32,258 nucleotides of DNA from assembly GCA_003344405.1 (NCBI GenBank), contig NOWV01000031.1:558001-590258 (forward strand), read 5' to 3'. Position 1 is the first letter of the stretch; each line of letters begins with the position of its first letter. The DNA is from Trichoplax sp. H2 (taxonomy: Eukaryota). The translations under genes were made by a program, and so were the position numbers. The notes below the pieces were generated by a model. That model was not told the DNA's origin. It searched no databases and worked only from the letters and a program-made list of their open reading frames with translations. This document shows, piece by piece, positions 1-10,300 of this stretch.

Positions 1-180
1 AATCAGTATACAAATCACCCTGAAATAGTGATCTTATATAGAATCGAAACTGTAGTGCTAACTTTAATATTACGCCTTTCAATTTGGAAGGCATTGACTT
101 TGAAATTGGCTCAAATTTTCACCATTATGAAAGATCACAACAACCTTGAGTGATTGGCACTGGATGATTATTTTAATTTC

Positions 181-1440
181 GCTCATTCTAGAGTTATTTT
201 ATTTCTTAGAAGCAATTTCTAATGCAAACCATCAGTCACTGATGCCTGCACCAACGGTTCAATCAGTATACAAGCCACACTGAAATAGTGGTCTATAGTA
301 TCGATACTGTAGTGCAGTACGGTACGAGTATATTAGATGTTGTTTTAGAAACTGTATTGTACACTGTACAGTAGGTCGTACTCGGCTCGAATTCCCACCG
401 CTTTTAGTAGCCCATGAATTGATTCTACTTTTCCGTGTCATGGATTGCTACAATACTTCTACCTCCTGTTTATGCCCTGCTATAATCTGATTACTATAAA
501 TGATAGCAATAAACGTTATATTTTGATGATGTCGATGAAATAAATGGACCAGTGTAAATATCATCATCGCGGACAACTATCGAGCTTTGCTTACTCGTGT
601 TCTACTGCGCGCAGAGTATAGTACACGAGTAAGCGAACCTTAACGTCTCCCCTTCTTTAGGTTTAATCATATATGAATCAAACTAGTCGATTATTTAGTG
701 TATGATCANNNNNNNNNNNNNNNNNNNNGCTCATTCTAGAGTTATTTTATTTCTTAGAAGCAATTTCTAATGCAAACCATCAGTCACTGATACCTGCACC
801 AACGGTTCAATCGGTATACAAGCCACCCTGAAATAGTGGTTTATAGTATCGATACTGTAGTGCAGTACGGTACGAGTATATTAGATGTTGTTTTAGAAAC
901 TGTATTGTACACTGTACAGTAGGTCGCACTCGGCTCGAATTCCTACCGCTTTTAGTAGCCCATGAATTGATTCTACCTTTCCGTGTCATGGATTGCTACA
1001 ATACTTCTACCTCCTGTTTATGCCTTACTATAATCGGATGACGATAATACTTCTACCTCCTGTTTATGCCCTGCTATAATCTGATCACTATAAATGATAG
1101 CAATAAACGTTATATTTTGATGTCGATGAAATAAATGGACCAGTGTCAATATCATCATCGCGGACAACTATCGAGCAAAATACGATAATACTTCTACCTC
1201 CTGTTTATGCCCTGCTATAATCTGATTACTATAAATGATAGCAATAAACGTTATATTTTAATGTCGATGAAATAAATGGACCAGTGTCAATATCATCATC
1301 GCGGACAACTATCGAGCTTTGCTTACTCGTGTTCTACTGCGTGCAGAGTATAGTATACGAGTAAGCAAACCTTAACGTCTCCCCTTCTTTAGGTTTAATC
1401 ATATACGAATCAAACTAGTCGATTATTTAGTGTATGATCA
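181..1440. repeat. Near-identical duplicate across an N-gap (181-708 vs 729-1440); the second copy has internal tandem expansions
   Basis: The same sequence restarts right after the gap with scattered SNPs. aatacttctacctcctgtttatgcc occurs once in copy 1 and three times in copy 2 (~1000, ~1046, ~1186). Confidence 0.9.
589..634. repeat. 46-nt hairpin (second copy at 1318-1369)
   Basis: gcttactcgtgt ... acacgagtaagc forms a 12-bp stem around a palindromic ctgcgcgcag core. Confidence 0.75.
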
Positions 1441-2966
1441 TATCTGTAGCATGGAATAAATGAATAAGTCAACTTAAAATGAATCTTCTTTCTTTTTAAC
1501 ACGAAATTTGATCTTTTCTAATTCGCCCTTTTGTTATCGTTATTGTAAATATTTAAATCAGTGATGATTATCTGATCTAACGTCCAGTAAAGTGTGAAGT
1601 TATACAATTGATCGCTACGAATGAATTTAATTAATAATTACAAAAATGATATCATTCAACTGATTCATGACAGTTACATCACCACAATTTATCAATTCTT
1701 ATCATAAAGAAAGTGATTGTCAAAATATTAAAATAACTTGAGCGGATAGCTACAAAAGATTGAACCTAAGCCAAAATCATTATAATGATGGCCTATCATT
1801 TCAATCATAGAATCTATGTAAATTGATCATGGCTAATCTAACTTTAGGCTTAGGCCATTCATTGCTTGAGCAATAGTGAAACAGACAGAGAAATTGGACA
1901 TTGTTTTGATCATTTCTATAGCTATTCTAGTAGAAATTTGCAGCAATGTAATCATAGCTTTTAAAAGGAAGCAATTAATCGCCCAATGTAGATAGATGCT
2001 GATACTAGACAATCTAAAATTGTAAAGGTTAATTTATCATTAAAGTGGAAAATAAATTTCGCCATCAAACGTTGTAACCTATACATACTATAGCACTATA
2101 CAAGTGTCTATACGCGTAATTCTATACGGAACATCTTAAACATAACAGAAGGTTTACCATATGTCTTAATGAACAGATGCACTGTGTGCATGATGATATT
2201 TATAGTATCAAAACAATCAAAATTCCCTCAATGTAAGAGTTAAGGTATGCTTCATTTCAGTAATCTATTATCACAGAAACATTAATATTGTAAGAGTTCA
2301 ATTCCATATCAAGGGTAGGAATTTAGTTCAATAAAGGCACTAATTGTTTGTTTCTACTATACTTTCATTCTAAGTAGCTGTATAATTGGTATGATCAATC
2401 TCATTTAAGATGATTTAATAGCTCTGTTAAAGCGAACAAATGTTATAGTAGTCTGAATAAATTAGTATTTAATGATGCAATATAACAATATGAAACGTTA
2501 ATTAAAAAGGTAAAATAATAGCATTCATAGACAGTATTATTATAAAATTTCTATAGAAGAGATAACAACGTCTACTATAACATGATCTATCCTTTTATTG
2601 TTGTCTGCAAAGCTTTTACCAAATACTAAAGCATGAATTAAATTATAAAGATTAATATTGATAGTTAGATTGACACAGTATTACATAAGAAGTTAATTTG
2701 TAAAACTCACGAATATATTGACTGTTGATCAAGTAATAAAGGTAGCGAGTGCCGTTTTCATTTTTCTGTTTAAATCGTAGCTGGAAACTAACGAAATTAC
2801 TCAATCAATCAATCAAATTATAATTATTTCATTGTAAATAAATACTAATGCTATTTGAAGTAAGAATTAAAGATCAAGATTACTTTTAATCAACTTATTG
2901 CCTTATCTGAGGTTCATTTAGCCGAAACAAATAAGAACTATCTATACAAGTGGATTTTTATAAATC

Positions 2967-3692
2967 ATGTTTAATAATTTAGTATCCATGTGGTGTCAAT
3001 GGTTATACTTTGCTTTACTGTTGTCAAGTTTACAACTAAGCGTTGGAAAAGCACTATCTATTAACGCAATACCGACTCTAGATCTTCGACCTGTTCCTAG
3101 TGATGATTTAGATGATATTAAAGCGCCCTCTTTTCAAGCTGATTCGCTACCACTGGCACAGACTATTGATCATCCTGCATTAAGGAAGAAACTAGGCAAA
3201 TATTACGATCCACAGTATATGTCGATAGGAAAGCCAAGATTACCCCATTACTTAGCTAATAATACTAACTTGTCACAGTACGTGGTTAAAGTAACAGGAT
3301 TAGACGAGAAAACTGTGTTACCACAGTTTAAAGATTTTAAATTGATGGGGTATGATGGTAAAATCTATAAAATTGGCCGTGACAGTCGTAAAAAAGTTAA
3401 AAGGTGGTTATCGTCGACAACGTTCTGTCGAGTTCAATATAAATGGATCGATTTAAGTTCAGCTATTTGGCCTCGATATATTTTACAGGGAAGTTGTATT
3501 AATGACAGATCTTGTTCAATTCCGCCTGGTATGACCTGCCGTGGTACAGAGTATAAATATAAAAGATTATTAACTTACACATGTTTAATCAAACGATCTC
3601 ACGATAAAAATGGTAAAACAATTGTTCATAAGCGTTGTACTTGGAGAAAGTTTAAATTTCCAATTCTTACTCGTTGTGAATGTAAATGTTAA
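2967..3692 (+). CDS. NOG: Noggin (secreted cystine-knot BMP antagonist), single exon, 241 aa
   Basis: Hydrophobic signal peptide, clip motif LRPVPSDDL, LRKKLGKYYDPQYMS, and a C-terminal domain WL..TFC.V.YKW.DL...WPRY...GSC...RSCS.P.GM.C ... C...C.W....FPI...C.C.C with the nine-Cys noggin pattern. Intronless, as is typical of noggins. Confidence 0.96.
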   Translation: MFNNLVSMWCQWLYFALLLSSLQLSVGKALSINAIPTLDLRPVPSDDLDDIKAPSFQADSLPLAQTIDHPALRKKLGKYYDPQYMSIGKPRLPHYLANNTNLSQYVVKVTGLDEKTVLPQFKDFKLMGYDGKIYKIGRDSRKKVKRWLSSTTFCRVQYKWIDLSSAIWPRYILQGSCINDRSCSIPPGMTCRGTEYKYKRLLTYTCLIKRSHDKNGKTIVHKRCTWRKFKFPILTRCECKC

Positions 3693-3984
3693 AGTATAAA
3701 AAATAGGCAAGTTCTGTAGAATAGATCTATTTAAAATTAATAAGCAACCACTGTGACTATTTCGATACTTTAATTTGCCACACATTAACAATTGATGCCA
3801 GTGATTGTTTTCCTATATTTTTGTTGCCTATATTACTAGATTAACGTCAATAAGCTAAGATTAATCTAAACTAATTAAAGTTTCATAGCGTTTATTTCCT
3901 TACCGTTTTTTGACAAGATTATTATTGCAAAGCAGAGGTTTTACGTACGAGTATGTAGCTTTCCTTCCTGTATACTTTTAGTAT

Positions 3985-3996
3985 TAATAAAATAAA
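3985..3996 (+). terminator. Candidate polyadenylation signal of noggin
   Basis: Tandem AATAAA hexamers (aataaaaataaa) about 300 nt after the stop codon. Weak evidence in AT-rich DNA. Confidence 0.35.
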
Positions 3997-6900
3997 GAAA
4001 CGCTTAAGACTATATTTTTGAGTGATTCCGTTATTAACGTCTTTTTGCTTGCTTTCATTATAACTATAATCTATTCTCTAATTAATCTTACAAAAATCGT
4101 TATCGTAACAGATTCTAAACTGATCCAGTTAGAAAGAATATTAAAGCTACGATTAGTGACATTTTTATGATTTTTAAAGTAGACAAAATAGTATATTTAG
4201 CATAAACCTTTTGTAGATGGCATATTATTCTACTTTGTATTGTATTTATTAGCTATCAATTTTAATTTCGATTATAATTTTGAGTTAATTACAGTATAAC
4301 TGCCGTACAATTTAAAAGCGGTACTGGGATAGTCTGTAGGATGATCTTCGAATAATCTTAATCAAACTTTCATAAAAATAGAATTTAATATCGTAACCCT
4401 TTCATAGAGATATCATATAGTAATTACCCCCAGCAGTTAGTCGATCAACACTGGATTTAGATACTTGCAGTCCTAAGACTCTTTACGCTTATATAACCAC
4501 AGTTTGTTTTGAGATCTATTTCTTTAGTATCTTTCGGTAATTAAGCGGTAGTTCCATCATTTTATTTTATTCAAAAAAAAGCTGAAAATGGGTGTTTTTC
4601 ATGCTTAGTGTAATAAGTAATAATAACTATTTGATAAATTGATCCGCTTCTGAACTCCAACTGTAAATTAGTGGTAGATTCATACTAACCCATTCCTATA
4701 TTTGCAGTTCAGCATTATTCTTTCCCTTTAACATATAATATTCGTAATTTGACATTGTATAATACATTTTACAATAAGATTCTTTTAAAAGTAGCCATTT
4801 CTTGTCCAATTGTAAGTATAAACTGTTATTTGAGAATGATTAAGATGGTTAAATCTAGCGAATTAGGTATAGCAAATAGCTCCAGTCTTCCCTAAATCTG
4901 TATGATATAATAGTTATTTATTCCACGTTATATATTATTATTCAAGTTTCACTAGTTAAGCATTCTTCCTTAGGATAGCATAATCCCAAATGGTTACTTT
5001 AATATTATCTAATTATTCAAAATTTTGTAATGTGCCAACACTAAGGAAGTAAACTTATCCCAAAGATTTATATAACATAATCACATAATAACTAGGAAGT
5101 AAATTTTTCCCCACAAAACAAGGATCATTACATCTGAATTTGAGACAAATTGTTGTTGCTAAATAGACGTCGGGAATAAGTACTTCATTGAATCATAATA
5201 CTTAATCATTTATGTTGAACGTATAACTTACGATATTATTATGCATTTAAAATAATATAATTTATTTTTTTAGATTAGTGATATCAATAGAAGTTCGATG
5301 ATGGCAACATAAACGTCTTTAGATTGCTACACTTGTATTTATGCTACTGTAAAGCACTGAAATTTTATTTTAATTTTATTAGCATCAAGTTTTAACAGTT
5401 TGTTTATAACGAATAAGTTCAAGTCTTTTGGCATTTTGTGACAATGATGACGCTACAGCTTTAAATAGAAGAAGGCCCATATTACTCTATACCATAGAAT
5501 GGGGCCGCATTTTAGACAAGACTAAAAATGAACCTAAATTGTTTGACTTAGATCAGACTCATCGAATTAAGCTATTTACCATTCTAATATTTTATTGTTT
5601 ATAAACAATTATAATATTAATTATTGTTATCAAATTCAGGCTAGTAAGAGACATCTAATTTTTTTAATGTCTCTCCTATTTACCTTCATTAATAGGAAAT
5701 GATTTAAACTCTTTGATTGATTTAAACTCTGATTGCAATGTAAGAAAATTTCGGCATTGCAAGTAGAGATAAGTGCTGAATCACAAACGCCCGAGTTATC
5801 TAGTCAATATTAGATTACTTGCTGATTATCATCAACAGTATTAATTGAAATGAATTGCGTTAAACCTTATTTCCAACTAAACCGTGCCTACCTGATTGTA
5901 TTGCAGCACGTAAACAGTAAAATAGAACAATAGTCTGTAATATGTAATTATTTCACGCTAACAATTAACAGACCGTAGTTAATTATGATCAGGCAAGCCA
6001 ATTTGTTCTTGATCAGCGTAGTATTATTGAACATGTTTTGAAGGGAATTTAATCGTAAACTATACTTTGATTCAAGTTGATTTCCAAGTATCAATATATC
6101 AATGTTCTATTTCTATTTTGGTTATAGTGAAGATCATTATTTTCTTCGCTTGTTTGATAATAGATATATTTTTACCTATTTGTAGGTAACTAACTGTTAA
6201 TGATACTGACAACAAAATAGTTTACCTTTCCTAGCATTATTATACAAATGGCGATTCTTTTCTAATTATAGAAAAGAAGATTATAATTCGGTATTAATTT
6301 GATCTCATGGATGAATTATAATGTCCTCGGATATGATCCAAGGTTTAACTACAGTTATACTTTGGCCATCCATTGATCATTTAATCGAATTGATCCAAAA
6401 CCACGAATAAAATAGTAGGAGTATTTTTAATATTAAAATTATAGTTATGTACGTATAATTAGATGCTAATTCGTTGGTACCCAGCAAGCTATTGTCTAAA
6501 AACAATGTGTTTTGGGGGGATCCTATGCGTATTATTGGGCAAAAGATGGAAATGGGCCATTTTTTATTATTTTCATCCAGCATTGATCTTCATAACATGC
6601 ATTATTGTAAATAACGTGCTAGTCTGTTCGATCAGAAAGTATGTAATGTAGAAAAAGAAGTATTTTTGTATGTCTAAAACATTGCCAATGTACGATTGAA
6701 CGTCATTGAACGCGTAAGGAGCAGCTGATGATTACTTCAGTTTGTAAATTATTAGGATATGCTACTACGCTATTACAGTACTAAAGCAATAGAGTGGTAT
6801 TAGGATTTTTGGGTCCTAAATTTGTTTTAATTCACCATTGAATTATCATCGCAGTAACCTCGAAACCGTGCTATAAATTCCTAGCAGACTTCTACTGACA

Positions 6901-7029
6901 GAGTTAAATAATACAGCTAGAGTACAGGCTGTAGCCAAGCGACGGATAACGCGCAGCTAGACAGACTGAAGGACTACGAAGCAGTCCCTGTCAATTTGCT
7001 CGATTGGAAAGCCAGTACATGACGTGGCG

Positions 7030-7091
7030 GTACAGTGTACAGTACAGTACGTGTTGTAAAGTACTGTAGTCTACTGTACTGTACACTGTAC
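7030..7091. repeat. Perfect 20-bp inverted repeat with a 22-nt loop upstream of TXNDC11
   Basis: gtacagtgtacagtacagta (7030-7049) is the exact reverse complement of tactgtactgtacactgtac (7072-7091). Confidence 0.85.
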
Positions 7092-7304
7092 GGTACAGTA
7101 CAGGAGAGAGTCGGTTAGTGGCTCTCTCTGGCATTCCGTCTTGGTCGAGGGTCGATGAAAGCTAAAGCCAGGAAATATACAGAATAAAATGAAAACCAAA
7201 AGCAACCTCTGCAGCCTATCTCAAGCATTTTTCTAATCGTGCTATAGCTACTGCAACGTGTTGTCAGCTAATATTGACATCTACTCACCCGACGAAACGT
7301 GATC

Positions 7305-10300
7305 ATGCAGTTATTTCGCTCGTTTATCTTCTGCTTCCTAACGTTGATAATACTGATGTGAGTATCTACGAGATGGACATGAAACTCTTTGCCATTTTGC
7401 TTGCTCTAGCTAGTAGCATACCAACTTGTTGTAATCCATCAATACTGGCGTAAGCTTGTTAATAAGATCTTCATCGTCGTATTATATATGTTGCCCAGTC
7501 ATCGTTGAGATCTCAACTTTAGTTCAGTCATGAAATAAAAGTGAATCACAATGGATAGGATAGGATAGGATAATTCTCATATAGTGGCAACGCTCTATAC
7601 TTTGGCCGTTAGCGACGACGAATCGCGCTTTTGCNNNNNNNNNNNNNNNNNNNNAATATTTAAATCAGTGATGATTATCTGATCTAACGTCCAGTAAAGT
7701 GTGAAGTTATACAATTGATCGCTACGAATGAATTTAATTAATAATTACAAAAATGATATCATTCAACTGATTCATCACAGTTACATCACCACAATTTATC
7801 AATTCTTATCATAAAGAAAGTGATATAGTGAAACAGACAGAGAAATTGGACATTGTTTTGATCATTTCTATAGCTATTCTAGTAGAAATTTGCAGCAATG
7901 TAATCATAGCTTTTAAAAGGAAGCAATTAATCGCCCAATGTAGATAGATGCTGATACTAGACAATCTAAAATTGTNNNNNNNNNNNNNNNNNNNNTCTTT
8001 GCCATTTTGCTTGCTCTAGCTAGTAGCATGCCAACTTGTTGTAATCCATCAATACTGGCGTAAGCTTATTAATAGGATCTTCATCGTCGTATTATACATG
8101 TTGCCCAGTCATCGTTGAGATATCAACTTTAGTTCAGTCATGAAATAAAAGTGAATCACAATGGATAGGATAGGATAGGATAATTCTCATATAGTGGCAA
8201 CGCTCTATACTTTGGCCGTTAGCGACGACGAATCGCGCTTTTGCTATATTGCGACTAACTGAATGCACATTGGACATAGTACTTACTGTGGCCTTGCAGA
8301 AACATATCGAGTATAACTGGTAAAGGCCATGAGGGAAATTTCAATAATGTGTGCTAATATTCAATTTTCTGCCATATCATGTAGTACACTGTAACAGTAC
8401 TTGGAATCAGCATAGTTATCAACCTCTTGTCATGTTGTCTAGACCATCAATGAACAATAGATGGAATCGATTCCTTCATTACGTATTCATTACATAGTAT
8501 TGATATATAGGTATAAAGACCCTACCAGTGGAATAGCTATATAGATAGAAGAAAGTGATACAGTATTTCTCTATGCAGTATTTTCCTTCAGCACATCACA
8601 TATCACATACTACATATAAATGGATGCGAATAAATTGCAAGATAGATTAGAATATGTTTCAAATCAATGGGCTGAGAACATATCATTTGACTAGTTAATA
8701 TTGTTTAAAAATTATATTTAAAAATATGGTAAAGATCGGTTAATTATTTACAAAAGTACTCCAACTTGGCTAACCATTTCGATGCTTATTAAATCTGTAA
8801 GGAATAATGGCTGATAAGCTGTACGTATTTATATTTTATGAATAGCGTAAACAATCAACACTGCCTATACTGTCAAAATGATGATCGTGGACACTTGTTT
8901 GCCGGAAATCCAAATATTGTCGAAGTTGATGATGGCTCTTTGGACAAAATAACAGAAGCTGTTCTAGCAAATCATTTAGTCTTTGTCATGTTTTATGCAC
9001 CATGGTGTTATTCAAGTCATTTAACAGCCAATCATTTTGCTGCTGCAGCCGATCGCCTTAGTACCTTGGTGAGCTAGTGCACGTATGATCTCAATTTGTT
9101 CTTGTCTATACTACATATTAATGAAGCTACTGGAAAATAGGACATTAATTCTATTGCTGATTATATCTTCGTTTACATTTCATGGTATTGTTATAGTAAT
9201 AATATACTTCTGTTACGTATAAGATAACTCGCTTACAAGAATGTGCTCATAGCTGTAATATTTTATGCTCTATCTTCAAGAAAAGTATCATCTGAGATGT
9301 TGCACACATAGACATAAAAGATTGCATCGAACAGCATTATCGAGATGATTCCTTAAATTGTATATATATAGCACTGTAGGTTTCTGTTACACCATCATGA
9401 CACTAATTGGTCAATTCCACTCCTTGCAATTTAGATTGTTTTTATTAGTGTGAATTGTTGGGTACCTGATAGTGAGTGCTACAAGAAGTATAAATTCGCT
9501 CAATATCCACAGTTTTATGCTCATATGCAAGATACCAACAATCCTATCATTTATACTGACGAACCAATTGCTGCGAAAATGGTTAGTTTCGTTCACCATA
9601 GAATATTTTCCTAACTATCTTAGATCGTTGCATTCATAGCTTATCACCAAAAATAACCCCAACCTTTGAATTGGAAATTAAGCTTCTACTTTAAGATCAG
9701 TTACCATCTTGCCTTAGTCAAGTGTAACCATTATACGAAAACATCTTCGCAATTTTTAGGTCAAATTTCTGCTACAGCTGCTCAAACCCGTCAGAGAGAT
9801 TAGAAAGAAAGGGGACTTGGAACTTCTATTATCGGAATCGCCAAACGTAATCCTGACTCATAGATTTTAAATGCAAATGAAGGATACTCTCTTTTTGACC
9901 GCTACTGACTCATATAGTTATAATAGTTCATTAATATTCTTGATGATATATTAGAGCCTTTTTGTCGGTTACTTGGGAGAAGACTGGTTTAATTCTACCA
10001 TGTATAGCGAATTAGTATTGACTTCTTTGAAATCAATTGCCAATGGTAATGCATCTCGCAATAAATTTTATATAATAATATTTAGGATTTTACATTCTCG
10101 ACTTGGTTTTACTGTGTAAAGTTACTTTACTGCTAGGAGAAAACTTAAACTTTGGCTGATTACGATATCATGTATTTAATAAAATATCGTCTCATAGACA
10201 TTCGTGAATGATCTTAAAATCATAGGTCCTATCGATACTATCGGTTTTGCTGTTATAACTACGACTGCCTTGGGACGATATTACAAATTCGATGTTGATG

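Noticed and set aside
259..989. Twin 60-aa ORFs (259-441, 807-989)
   Set aside because: No recognisable motif; they are duplicated only because the region is repeated across a gap.
181..1440. Direct repeats read as LTRs or a real segmental duplication
   Set aside because: The copies abut an N-gap and differ by SNP-level changes, typical of uncollapsed haplotypes. No TG..CA ends, PBS or internal coding region.
6377..6651. Overlapping short ORFs between noggin and TXNDC11
   Set aside because: No motif and no convincing splice context.
7553..7572. (GGATA)4 microsatellite
   Set aside because: An ordinary short intronic microsatellite.
7386..8244. 249-bp direct repeats around a noggin-upstream fragment read as a composite mobile element
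   Set aside because: Every junction is an N-gap, so a misplaced allelic contig is the most parsimonious explanation.
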